Shown: positions 19,119 to 28,510 of the stretch, piece after piece | Layout of the letters: each line of letters starts with the position of its first letter | How positions within the stretch are numbered: the stretch's first letter is position 1 | DNA from: Bythopirellula sp. | GTDB taxonomy: Bacteria > Planctomycetota > Planctomycetia > Pirellulales > Lacipirellulaceae | Direction: 5' to 3' | Assembly (NCBI GenBank): GCA_965216565.1 | Contig: OZ244170.1 | Coordinates: 4,352,001 to 4,416,000 of the forward strand | Length of the DNA: 64,000 nt | Notes under the pieces: generated by a model | Database searches by the model: none | What the model saw: the letters and a program-made list of their open reading frames with translations, nothing else | What the model was told of the DNA's origin: nothing | Made by a program: the position numbers and the translations under genes

Positions 19119-20873
19119 ATGAACTTTCAAATACTTAGAAAAATACCGATGAAGCCAAACCGCCGCCGCGGCATCGTGGCGGTCCTCACTGGCTTTATGC
19201 TCGTGGCGATCTTTGCCTTTGTCGCTTTGTCGGTTGATACTGGCCGAATTGTGCTGGAAGAAACCCGCATGCAGAACGCGGTAGATGCCGCCGCACTGGC
19301 AGCCGCCCAAGAAATCAACGCCGCAGTGTATGCGGCCGGTCAAGGCCAGGGTTCGGCGAACATTGATGCCAACTCGATTGCCGTAGAGCAAGCTCGCCAG
19401 ATGGCTGAGCAAGTTGCCCTGGCTAATGGGGTCTACATCGATCCGACCGCAGACGTCCGATTTGGTAAGCGTGGCTACGACGAGGCGAGCGGTAGTTGGC
19501 CTATTACTTGGGACGCATCGCCTTACAACGTGGTCCAAGTGATCGCGCGACGCACCAATTCCGATGTCGAGGCAGAAGATGGCCAGTTGGGTCTGGCATT
19601 TGGTTGGGCCGTTGGTCGCGACAAGGTGCCTTTACAAGCTTCGGCTACTGCGTTCATCGAAGCTCGCGACTTGGTCGTTGTGCTTGACTTCTCGGCTTCA
19701 ATGAACGACGACAGTTCGTTGAAATCGGGATTGGGTTTAGCCCAAGCTGAACAACAGCTTGACGCGATGTGGGACGCACTGAAGGCTTCCCAAGTCACCT
19801 GGCCAGGCAAGACTAAGAAAAAGTTTAAGAACAAGTTCGGAAACCTTGATTCCTACGAAGGTACCTACATTAGCAGTTGGGACGAAGACTATGTCTTCAA
19901 CGAGCTGAACCTAGGAGCCAAGAAGCCGAATGGTTCGCTGAAGCATCCGTTCCCTCAGGCAGGCCGTAACAGTGACGGCACACCAAAAAGCATGCCGAAC
20001 GAAGCCACTAGCGAAGCCCTATGGAAGGACTACATCGACTTCGTAATGGATAAGAGTGGTACCTACAACCGTAAGTATGGCCGCCGAACGCTAATGGACT
20101 ATCTGCAAGAGCGTCGTTATGCCCGCAATAGTTCGGAAGATCTTTGGCGTTCGCCTCACTATCCGTTCACTGCAATCAAGGATGGGGCCAGTTTGTTCTT
20201 CGACTTCCTCACCGAACTCGATTTCGGTGACGAAATTGGCCTCGTCGGCTATGGGCAGTGGGCGGAGCAGGAACTTGAGTTCTACGACGGCGATGTCGAT
20301 TTCGACATCTCTGCCGATCCAATTACCGATGATTATGCCACGCTCAACACGATGCAACGCCGGCGACAAGCTGGCGAATACAACGGTTGGACAGCCATGG
20401 GCGACGGCATTCTCAAAGCACGTGAACTGCTTGTTGGTGCCGCTGATGATCCAGATGACGACGGTTACAGCCGCTATGGATCGCGTCCGACAATGCTCAT
20501 CATGACCGACGGTCAGACCAACCAAAAACCTGATGGTTGGAGCATGCCGAGTGGTTTTCAATGGTCCGACTGGACCGACTACGATGGCGATGGCAGTGCC
20601 GACTACTCCACTAGCAATAGCAAAAAGCAATACGCTTTCTGGGAAGCCACTCAGGCGATCGATCGTGGTGTGACTTTGCACACGATGGCGGTAGGCCAGG
20701 GTGCGGATCGCGAGTTGATGGAGGCGATCGCCTTTGCTGGCAACGGTATCTTTATCGACGTCCCTGGTGGTTCGACGGTTGCTGATCTTGAGGAGCAGTT
20801 GCTCGAAGCCTTCCGCAATGTGGCATCCCAGGTGCCGCCTGCGAAGTTGGTCTATGAGTTAACTCAAGAGTGA
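19119..20873 (+). CDS. TadG-like pilus protein with vWA domain
   Basis: RRGIVAVL...VDTG...QNAVDAAALAAA; MIDAS DFSAS, TAMGDG, IMTDG. Confidence 0.9.
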   Translation: MNFQILRKIPMKPNRRRGIVAVLTGFMLVAIFAFVALSVDTGRIVLEETRMQNAVDAAALAAAQEINAAVYAAGQGQGSANIDANSIAVEQARQMAEQVALANGVYIDPTADVRFGKRGYDEASGSWPITWDASPYNVVQVIARRTNSDVEAEDGQLGLAFGWAVGRDKVPLQASATAFIEARDLVVVLDFSASMNDDSSLKSGLGLAQAEQQLDAMWDALKASQVTWPGKTKKKFKNKFGNLDSYEGTYISSWDEDYVFNELNLGAKKPNGSLKHPFPQAGRNSDGTPKSMPNEATSEALWKDYIDFVMDKSGTYNRKYGRRTLMDYLQERRYARNSSEDLWRSPHYPFTAIKDGASLFFDFLTELDFGDEIGLVGYGQWAEQELEFYDGDVDFDISADPITDDYATLNTMQRRRQAGEYNGWTAMGDGILKARELLVGAADDPDDDGYSRYGSRPTMLIMTDGQTNQKPDGWSMPSGFQWSDWTDYDGDGSADYSTSNSKKQYAFWEATQAIDRGVTLHTMAVGQGADRELMEAIAFAGNGIFIDVPGGSTVADLEEQLLEAFRNVASQVPPAKLVYELTQE

Positions 20874-20975
20874 TCCACGTAAGTGGGAACCCTGCCCTCT
20901 GGCAGCTGGTGGTGTTTGGCGAGTAGCGTTGGTGTCCTGAGCTACTTTCTGACCCACCGGCTGCCACTGTTTTTT

Positions 20976-21061
20976 GGTGAGTAAGTGAGTAGGTGAGTAA
21001 GTTTCGAGATCGATACTTACTCACCTACTCACCTACTCACTTACTCACCTACTAACCTACT
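20976..21061. repeat. Inverted array of 8-bp tandem repeats (GTGAGTA(A/G) x3 / (C/T)TACTCAC x~5) between convergent genes
   Basis: ggtgagtaagtgagtaggtgagtaagt then acttactcacctactcacctactcacttactcacctactaacctact. Confidence 0.85.
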
Positions 21062-21068
21062 CTAGCCT

Positions 21069-21482
21069 CTATTCGTCGTAGGCGTATGAGTTGTATCTCC
21101 GCCGGCGTCTCCGGCCTCCGCCACGACTACGTCGATGCTGACGCGTGACGTATTCCCCTTCTACAAAGTAGTAACCGCCGAGCAGTTTGTAGAAGAAAAG
21201 GATCAGCAGCGAGCCCAGCGTGGCCACCAGCATCCCCAGGGGACTGATCGGAATAATTCGCTGGCCCTCATTGAAGTAACTCACGACACCGCAGCCAAGG
21301 ACCGAGCCGCCGACGCCCATGATGACCGTGGCAATGGCCCCGCCCGGGTCGCGCCCTGGCATGATTCCCTTGGCCAGCAGGCCCACCACCGTGCCAAAAC
21401 CGATCCACACCAGCACATCGTTGGCGAGTTGCTGAAACGTGTCGTTCATCACGACACCCTGTGCAGGATCGAGGCCTTCCAT
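21069..21482 (-). CDS. GlsB/YeaQ/YmgE (transglycosylase-associated) membrane protein with Arg-rich tail
   Basis: WIGFGTVVGLLAKGIMPGRDPGGAIATVIMGVGGSVLG; start could be 21482 or 21449. Confidence 0.85.
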   Translation of the reverse strand: MEGLDPAQGVVMNDTFQQLANDVLVWIGFGTVVGLLAKGIMPGRDPGGAIATVIMGVGGSVLGCGVVSYFNEGQRIIPISPLGMLVATLGSLLILFFYKLLGGYYFVEGEYVTRQHRRSRGGGRRRRRRYNSYAYDE

Positions 21483-21515
21483 GGCAGTTTCTCTGATAGA
21501 AGTGAGTTGTTCACA

Positions 21516-21595
21516 GGCGATACATCGCATCGCGGCTAGTCTAGAACTAAACCACGCTGACGCACCTCCTAGCCGCGATCTGATAGATCGCCGGG
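21516..21595. repeat. Inverted pair of REP-family palindromes (REPIN-like)
   Basis: ggcgatacatcgcatcgcggcta ... tagccgcgatctgatagatcgccggg. Confidence 0.75.
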
Positions 21596-21661
21596 TGCGG
21601 ACTGTACCGAATTCTCACCGTCGCGAGCAAGATAGAATCCGCCAGCACTGCTAGCTAGATC

Positions 21662-22678
21662 CTACAGGGGTGTCAGCAGAAGATCGCTGTCCATGCCATC
21701 TTTAGTTTCCACACCGCCATTGTCGACTTCGTTTTCTCCTACACTGTACAGAAGGTAGCCACCCTCCTGTTGGCGATACAATAGTGGATCATCAGAATAC
21801 AGATCCCTCGGCAATTCGGAGAGATAGTTGGGTACCAATTCCTCCAAATCTTCCGGAAAGCGACCGTGATCGATCTTAAAACACCGCAGTGCGAAATGCG
21901 TAATCAGCAGATCCTTGTAAACGGTATATCGCTTTTCGATAGAAGGTAACTCCGTCCGCATGGATTGTTGCTGAGATTTCGCCACCTTACCGATCATGAA
22001 CCACTCGACCGGTCCATGCATTTGTTCGAAAAAGGCCAGCTCTCGTTTAAGTAAGCTGTTGGGATCTTCGAACTCAAACGGTTCGCCTTCAAAATGGTCG
22101 ATCAACTCGTTGGATTGACTTTTAGACATCGAGTTGACAATGGTCCTGAGCGCCGCCATGCCTCGATATACATTGGAGTATCCGATCATCCAATCGACTA
22201 CAAGCCCTCCTTTGGCGACTGCCATCCCACTTTGAATACTATCGAGTCCGCACTGTATTGCAGGGTCGACATTGCCCTGCTGGGATTCATAAAGTGCTTC
22301 AGCCGTAAAGGCGCGAGACAGGTTACGGTTCTTCGCGTTACGGGCAGAATGGACAGTGTCGAGCCACGTTCTATCTCCACCCCACACAAGGGTCACCGCA
22401 CACTCCTCGCGCAGTCCCATACGGGCCAATCGCAAAGCCGGTCTGTTGTGCTCGACGACTTCCGCTAACTCCTCGGCTTCCATTTCGTCGTAGAACCCCG
22501 TCCGAGGGTGAAGCATGTCCGTGGCGACTAGCAGTTTTTCGTAGCCATTCGGATCAGGCAACTCAGGCGGGACAAACGTTGATTGCGAACGCCACATCAA
22601 GAGCAGGCCTGACGCAACAAACCCTAGCAATAGCACACCAGCAATCGACCACGTCAGGGAACGCTTCCACTTTGTCAT
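21662..22678 (-). CDS. Hypothetical membrane-anchored protein with GspG-like C-terminal motif
   Basis: N-terminal TM; C-terminal HGRFPEDLEELVPNYLSELPRDLY...YLLYSVGENEVDNGG. Confidence 0.7.
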   Translation of the reverse strand: MTKWKRSLTWSIAGVLLLGFVASGLLLMWRSQSTFVPPELPDPNGYEKLLVATDMLHPRTGFYDEMEAEELAEVVEHNRPALRLARMGLREECAVTLVWGGDRTWLDTVHSARNAKNRNLSRAFTAEALYESQQGNVDPAIQCGLDSIQSGMAVAKGGLVVDWMIGYSNVYRGMAALRTIVNSMSKSQSNELIDHFEGEPFEFEDPNSLLKRELAFFEQMHGPVEWFMIGKVAKSQQQSMRTELPSIEKRYTVYKDLLITHFALRCFKIDHGRFPEDLEELVPNYLSELPRDLYSDDPLLYRQQEGGYLLYSVGENEVDNGGVETKDGMDSDLLLTPL

Positions 22679-22846
22679 TATTCAATCCCAAGAGTTCTCA
22701 GTTCGTTAGCAGTACGAGTCATTCGCACACAGAGACACTTTCTTGCCGATTTCTACTGAACTTGCTTCAATAGGACGCCGATCGTTATACTAAACGCCCG
22801 TATACTAACGAGGAGCCTCCAATATTTACAGGCAGACGGAGCGAGC

Positions 22847-25264
22847 ATGGATGTATCAAGCTTATTGGAACGAATCAAGTCGCGCGGCGATTACGCCGGT
22901 CAACTTGAGCATGTCGAGATCTTGCCGGAACGTCCAGGGCAGTATGCCGAGCCGGAGCAGCCGCTTCCCAAGTTGCTGGAAGGATTGCTCGCGCGGCTTG
23001 GTGCAGACAAGCTGTACTCGCATCAAGTAGCTGCCTTAGAAGCGGCCCGGCGACAGCAAGATTGGGTTGCTGTCACCGGTACGGCTAGCGGCAAGACGCT
23101 GTGCTACAACTTGCCGATTCTCGAATCGGCATTGGCTGATCGTTCAACGCGTGCGCTTTATCTCTACCCCACCAAGGCCCTCGCCCAAGATCAGCTCAAG
23201 GGTTTGCTGGAACTCTTGGAAGGCGATGCCGAGCTCGCGGAGCAAATCACCCCCGGCGTCTACGATGGCGATACGCCCACGGCCCAGCGACGGCGCATCC
23301 GCACCGAAGCCAACTTGGTTCTCTCCAATCCCGACATGCTGCACGCGGCCATCCTGCCCTACCATCCTAAGTGGGCCCAGTTTTTTGCGGAGCTTAAGTA
23401 CGTGGTCATCGACGAAGTCCACACCTACCGAGGCATCCTGGGGGCCCATGTGTCAGCCGTGCTTCGTCGCCTGCTACGCGTTTGCGAGCACTACGGCAGT
23501 CGCCCCGTTTTCTTATCCACCAGTGCCACCATTGCGAACCCCGGAGAGCTGGTTAGCAAATTAATTGGTCGCGAGGTGCAGGTGATCGACAACGACGGCT
23601 CGCCCCGTGGTCGCAAGTACTTCGCCTTGTGGAATCCTACGCCGCTGGGCGTCGATGCCCTGGCACGCAACAGCCCCAACGACGATGCGGTAACGTGGAT
23701 GCTGGAAGCGCTGGAGGCAGAGGGCCAAGTATTGGCGTTCACCCGCACCCGTCAGGCAGCCGAGCTTATTCAGCGTTATACCCGTCAGGCGCTAGACGAC
23801 AAGCATTCGCCCTTGGCTACTAAGGTACGAGCTTATCGAGGAGGTTACCTGCCCAACGAGCGACGCGAGATCGAGCAGGACTTGTTCGCAGGTAAACTTC
23901 GCGCCGTGGCCGCCACCAATGCCTTGGAACTAGGCATCGACATTGGTTCACTCGATGTGGCCCTGCTGGTGAATTACCCCGGCACAATCGCCAGTTGTTG
24001 GCAACAGGCTGGTCGCAGTGGCCGCCGTAGCGACGAGAGCCTTGCCGTGCTCCTGGCCGGCAACGACCCAGTCGATCAATATCTGCTCCGCCACCCGGAC
24101 TATTTCTTTGCCCAATCGCCGGAGAACGCGGTAGTCGATCCCAACAATCCCTACGTGTTGGCCAAGCATATAAAGGCCGCTGCCTTCGAACTACCGCTAA
24201 ACGACTCCGACCTGCAGCAATTCGGCGCAATTGCCGAGCCGATTGCCCAAGCCCTTTGCGATGAGCAGCAGCTCGCCAAAGTCGAGGACCAGTTCTACCA
24301 TCCCGGCGGTCAAAACCCGACGGTCGGCGTTAGCCTGCGGCACATGAGCGACAATACCTTCAGCATCGTTGAGAAAAAAGGTGGAGGCGGAAAGATCTCT
24401 GTAGGCGACTCGCAGTGGCGAGTAGCAGGTGGATTCAGGGAGAATATCGATCTGTTCACCGTGATTGCGAATGTCGATGCCATCAGCGCGCCCGAGTTGG
24501 TTTATCCCGAGGCCATTTATTTGCACTATGGCGAAACCTACCTGGTCCGCGAACTCGATCTCAACGGCAAGGTGGCTTACGTCGAGCGTCGCGAGACAGA
24601 CTACTACACGCAGGCCGTGCTCGAAAGCAACGTCTTAATCACTAAAGAACGAGCCAATAGCGACGCCGTGCCGCAAGCCGCGCTCGGCTACGGCGAAGTT
24701 GATGTTTCCTGGCAGACTGTCGCCTTCAAGAAAATCAAGTTTGCCACGCGCGAGAACATCGGCTTGGGACCGGTCGACATTCCCGCTCAGCAATTGCCAA
24801 CCACCGCCCTGTGGCTCTCGCCGGACGACCACATACGCACGGCGATGAAGACCCAAGGTCTTCGCGCCAGCGAGGGTGTCGTAGGGCTGCGGAATTTGGC
24901 GGTGGTTGCGTTGCCGTTGGTTTCGATGTGCGATAGCCGCGATCTGGGCGGTGTGGTCGATAGCAAAAACTTGGGACGCTCGACTATGATTGTTTACGAC
25001 CGCTACCCTGGGGGCCTTGGGTATAGCGAAAAGGGATTTCACTCGATCGGCCGATTGCTGGAGATTTGCCACGAACTGGTCGAAAGCTGCCCTTGCGAAG
25101 AAGGTTGCCCCAGTTGTGTGGGACTGCCGAATTTGCGGCCCGCTATCCATAGCGATCCTGATCTCACCCGCGGCCATCCCATGCCGAATAAGAAAGCGAC
25201 CTTGCATCTGCTCGCCCTTCTACGGCAAACTGCGGCCTGTGAGGAAACCCTTTCGACAGTATAA
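22847..25264 (+). CDS. SF2 DEAD/DEAH helicase with C-terminal 4-Cys DUF1998/MZB domain (MrfA/YprA/SftH/Hrq1 family)
   Basis: TGTASGKT, YPTKALAQDQ, YDGDTP, DEVHTYRG, SATIANP, ATNALELGIDIG, QQAGRSGR; MCDxRD...YDRYPGGLG...CPCEEGCPSC. Confidence 0.93.
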   Translation: MDVSSLLERIKSRGDYAGQLEHVEILPERPGQYAEPEQPLPKLLEGLLARLGADKLYSHQVAALEAARRQQDWVAVTGTASGKTLCYNLPILESALADRSTRALYLYPTKALAQDQLKGLLELLEGDAELAEQITPGVYDGDTPTAQRRRIRTEANLVLSNPDMLHAAILPYHPKWAQFFAELKYVVIDEVHTYRGILGAHVSAVLRRLLRVCEHYGSRPVFLSTSATIANPGELVSKLIGREVQVIDNDGSPRGRKYFALWNPTPLGVDALARNSPNDDAVTWMLEALEAEGQVLAFTRTRQAAELIQRYTRQALDDKHSPLATKVRAYRGGYLPNERREIEQDLFAGKLRAVAATNALELGIDIGSLDVALLVNYPGTIASCWQQAGRSGRRSDESLAVLLAGNDPVDQYLLRHPDYFFAQSPENAVVDPNNPYVLAKHIKAAAFELPLNDSDLQQFGAIAEPIAQALCDEQQLAKVEDQFYHPGGQNPTVGVSLRHMSDNTFSIVEKKGGGGKISVGDSQWRVAGGFRENIDLFTVIANVDAISAPELVYPEAIYLHYGETYLVRELDLNGKVAYVERRETDYYTQAVLESNVLITKERANSDAVPQAALGYGEVDVSWQTVAFKKIKFATRENIGLGPVDIPAQQLPTTALWLSPDDHIRTAMKTQGLRASEGVVGLRNLAVVALPLVSMCDSRDLGGVVDSKNLGRSTMIVYDRYPGGLGYSEKGFHSIGRLLEICHELVESCPCEEGCPSCVGLPNLRPAIHSDPDLTRGHPMPNKKATLHLLALLRQTAACEETLSTV

Positions 25265-25306
25265 AGATCGATTCGCCTCCGACACCGCCGGAGGATTCAC
25301 CCGACT

Positions 25307-25846
25307 ATGTTCAACCCCGAACAAGAAGAACTCATTTCGCAAACCGTTCGCACTTCGCAAATCATCGCGTTTGCGTTGATCTCCGGTGTGCTCATTTTTG
25401 CTTTTGTGATTGTCTTAACGGGTTTGGCAAACGACGAGCCGCCCGAAACCCCCCTGGTGTCGATCGTTGGCTTTGTGTTCGCGGCAGTTTCCGTACTCGT
25501 CGCTCCGATCGTTTCCAAGGCGATTGCTGCGATGATGCGAAGAACAGCCCTCTCGGGCAAACAGACCCGTAGCCGACAGTTTCAAGAACAACAAAAAAAG
25601 TTTGGCAGCTTTGGCTTAATCGTGGGGAGCTATCTAACGAAACAGATCGTCCGGCGAGCGCTCCTCGAAGGGGCCGCCTTCATGAACCTGATTGCTTATA
25701 TCATAGACGCTCAGTCCCTGAATTTGGCGTTAGCCATTTTCCTGGCTCTGGCGATGCTTTTCGACTTTCCGTCGCGAGATCGGCTGGAGCGATACGTTCG
25801 CGAGCAAATGAATGTGATCGAGCAACTCAAAACGCTCCGAGGATAG
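25307..25846 (+). CDS. Hypothetical 4-TM membrane protein
   Basis: Four hydrophobic helices; ALLEGAAFMNLIAY...FP motif; GGAGGA RBS. Confidence 0.75.
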   Translation: MFNPEQEELISQTVRTSQIIAFALISGVLIFAFVIVLTGLANDEPPETPLVSIVGFVFAAVSVLVAPIVSKAIAAMMRRTALSGKQTRSRQFQEQQKKFGSFGLIVGSYLTKQIVRRALLEGAAFMNLIAYIIDAQSLNLALAIFLALAMLFDFPSRDRLERYVREQMNVIEQLKTLRG

Positions 25847-25851
25847 CGGCC

Positions 25852-26700
25852 ATGCTCGATGAAGGACTCCGCCGTCGCCTCGAGTCGCTCAATCGCGGCA
25901 CGCTGCCTCCGTCGAAGACGAAGGCCCCGCCCCAGCCATCCCCACTTCGGCCCAGGTCGGTGAAGCAAATCGCTGGGCTGATCTCCCGTGGCGAGGTAAT
26001 CGAGACGCGCTCTGGCGAACATCTCCGCATCGTGCTTCCTGTCGAAGAACTATGGCCCGGTGGCGAAGAACTCGTGGCCCGCCGACATGGGCATCTCGCG
26101 TCTCTGGAGCACGACGCCGATCAAGAGGTGCCACCCCATCAATTTGAACTACGCGCGTTTGTTTCCGCGTTTCCCGAGGCAACATTGCTTATGGATTTGG
26201 AAACCTGTGGGCTTTCTGGGAGTAGCCTGTTTTTGGTGGGGCTGTTGCGTGCAATCGAAGGGCAGCTTTCTGTGGAGTTGCTGCTCGCCCGCACCTATGC
26301 CGAAGAGCAAGCAGTGCTAACGAGCTTTTGGCAATTGGCCGAGCAGCATCGTGTGCTGATGACCTTCAACGGCAAGAGCTTCGATTGGCCAATGGTAGTG
26401 GACCGTGGGAATCGCTATCGCATGTTTACCAGCAATCAACCACCACAAATGTTACACGTCGATCTACTGCACCACAGTCGGCGACGTTGGAGCAAGCAGC
26501 TCCCCGACTGCAAGTTGCAAACCTTGGAACGTCACATCTGTGGCCGCGGTCGAACAGACGACATACCCGGCAGCCAGATCCCAGCGGCCTATCAACGGTT
26601 TGTGACCACAAGAGTCCAGCACGAGATGGACGCAATTCTGATGCACAATGCCATCGACCTGGTAACACTTCTGGACTTGGCCATGCGGCTTACCGCATAG
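25852..26700 (+). CDS. RNase H-like DEDDh exonuclease (YprB/MrfB-like)
   Basis: MDLETCGL, TFNGKSFDWP, HVDLL, CKLQTLE, DDIPGSQIP, HNAIDL. Confidence 0.9.
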   Translation: MLDEGLRRRLESLNRGTLPPSKTKAPPQPSPLRPRSVKQIAGLISRGEVIETRSGEHLRIVLPVEELWPGGEELVARRHGHLASLEHDADQEVPPHQFELRAFVSAFPEATLLMDLETCGLSGSSLFLVGLLRAIEGQLSVELLLARTYAEEQAVLTSFWQLAEQHRVLMTFNGKSFDWPMVVDRGNRYRMFTSNQPPQMLHVDLLHHSRRRWSKQLPDCKLQTLERHICGRGRTDDIPGSQIPAAYQRFVTTRVQHEMDAILMHNAIDLVTLLDLAMRLTA

Positions 26701-26852
26701 AAATATGACAGCCCCTTCGGCTAGCACGGCCATCTAGTAGGGGGGGGCGATTTAAAAAAAGTCACCACGCAATATCCAAAGCTAGACTTGAATTTGGTGG
26801 CTGAGTCCGATAAACTTAGCCAAGGCTACATTCTGTTCAGTGGGGATTTTGT

Positions 26853-27278
26853 ATGGCGACTGATTCCGCCAAGTCGGAAAAATTCAATCTACTTTCCAAA
26901 GCCGTGGCGCTGCTGGGCGCGGCCTTGTTCGGCCTGGGGATGCTGTGGCCCATGTTCGAGAGCAGCGCGAACCATTGGACCCCGGAGCAAGTGGAAGAGT
27001 ATTCCTCGGCCTCGCGGGCACTGCATCGTTCGGCCAGTGGCGACCACAACGACCATGCTCACGCCGGGCACGACCGCAAGGGCCATCACCATGCGTCAGG
27101 CGCTGCGACCGACCTCGAAGATCTCAAACAAGCCCGAGCGCGTTTTGAAGAGATCAACCAGCAGCTTGATTTGGCGAAAGAAGCCCCTCAGTTGATGGCG
27201 GGCAGAATGAAAACTATCGGCGGAGTGCTTCTCGTGGTTGGTGCCGCCGCGATCGCGATCTGTCGCAGGAAACCCTAG
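26853..27278 (+). CDS. Hypothetical 2-TM protein with His-rich periplasmic loop
   Basis: TM at both ends; DHNDHAHAGHDRKGHHHA. Confidence 0.65.
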   Translation: MATDSAKSEKFNLLSKAVALLGAALFGLGMLWPMFESSANHWTPEQVEEYSSASRALHRSASGDHNDHAHAGHDRKGHHHASGAATDLEDLKQARARFEEINQQLDLAKEAPQLMAGRMKTIGGVLLVVGAAAIAICRRKP

Positions 27279-27283
27279 CCGCC

Positions 27284-27311
27284 CTAAGGCCCAATCAGAA
27301 CTCACCCGATA
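27284..27311 (+). promoter_or_regulatory. Putative sigma28-like promoter CTAAG-N16-CCCGATA
   Basis: Same spacing as the motif upstream of the fliN-like gene. Confidence 0.4.
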
Positions 27312-27343
27312 GAGCTCGTAAAAAACGGAGTTCAGGAATCCCG

Positions 27344-28342
27344 ATGACACAATATCAAGTATCCCGCATGAGCAACCACACAAGATATGCCGGCTTCACT
27401 TTGGTCGAACTCCTGGTAGTGATCGCCATCCTCGGCGTGCTTATCTCGCTCCTACTTCCCGCCGTTCAATCAGCCCGAGAGTCGTCGCGGCGAACGAGTT
27501 GCCTGAACAACCTCAAGCAACTCGGTTTGGCGGTCCAGAATTACGAAGGCGTCCACGGGCGTTTGCCGCGATCGGGCACCGACGAGGAGCCCTATGCCGA
27601 ATTGCGACATCTGGAAGCGGGCAAGAAATTGAGCTGGGTGGTTCTGCTCCTGCCCTACTTTGAACAGAAGAACCTGTTCGACCAATTTGATTTGGACGAC
27701 AACATTCTTGTCCAGCCTCCGGAGCCACTACTGCAATCCATCTCGTCAATGTTATGCCCTAGCGACGAAGCAATCGAGAGCACCTATGTTTCCAGCCAAT
27801 GCCAAACGTGTGCTGGTCGAACTTTTGCCAAGGGCAACTATGCGGCATTTGTGAGTCCTTTTCATTTAGATTCGGAGCGCTATAGCGGCGCGATCTCTGA
27901 GGATGGCCGCCGCTTGGCTGAAGCGACCGATGGACAATCGAACTCACTATTGATTGGCGAAGTACGTGCCAGAAATCATGGGCACGACCCGCGCGGTGCC
28001 TGGGCCCTGCCCTGGCCCGGTAGCACATTGCTAGCCATTGATTTTCACGATACAGGAGCGGGTGATGCCAGCGATTTTGCTCAAACCCCAAACAGCAATT
28101 TCCCCGATGTGCTTTTTGAATGTGTCGATAGCGGAGAGGCACAACTCTCTGGCATGCCTTGTTTGCAATGGGACAGCGGCGACGACTTCATAGCCGGTGC
28201 GCCCCGCAGTCAACATCCCTACGGCGTGAATGTGGTGTTCCTCGACGGGCATGTCGACTTCCTGCCAAACGACATCGACCCCCGCAGCATGGCCCTGATG
28301 GTGAGTGTTGACGATGGACAGATCAACACCACCACGAACTAA
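27344..28342 (+). CDS. DUF1559 prepilin-type N-terminal cleavage protein
   Basis: GFTLVELLVVIAILGVLISLLLPAVQSARESSRRTSCLNNLKQLGLA; CPSD; TDGQSNS; SQHPYGVNVVFLDGHV (H-X9-DG). Confidence 0.95.
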   Translation: MTQYQVSRMSNHTRYAGFTLVELLVVIAILGVLISLLLPAVQSARESSRRTSCLNNLKQLGLAVQNYEGVHGRLPRSGTDEEPYAELRHLEAGKKLSWVVLLLPYFEQKNLFDQFDLDDNILVQPPEPLLQSISSMLCPSDEAIESTYVSSQCQTCAGRTFAKGNYAAFVSPFHLDSERYSGAISEDGRRLAEATDGQSNSLLIGEVRARNHGHDPRGAWALPWPGSTLLAIDFHDTGAGDASDFAQTPNSNFPDVLFECVDSGEAQLSGMPCLQWDSGDDFIAGAPRSQHPYGVNVVFLDGHVDFLPNDIDPRSMALMVSVDDGQINTTTN

Positions 28343-28510
28343 TTCCTTATGGCGCCACGGGATCGGGCTGTCTGAGGCAATGGCATAGCTTGGCTCTATT
28401 CGCTTCCAGAGTGTCGCCATATAGATTAAGATAAGCGAACTGGCGCGGAGCTATTGCGTCGGTCGCTTCGATATCTTCTCAGAGCATCTTTTTTCTGCGG
28501 AACTTTTGCC

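Noticed and set aside
22847..25264. DISARM/Druantia-type defence helicase (DUF1998)
   Set aside because: No methylase, DrmA or PLD partners; the adjacent YprB-like exonuclease indicates MrfAB-type repair
28380..28460. Sigma54 -24/-12 promoter upstream of the PEP-CTERM gene
   Set aside because: TGGC...GC candidates have 9 or 12 bp between GG and GC instead of the required 10
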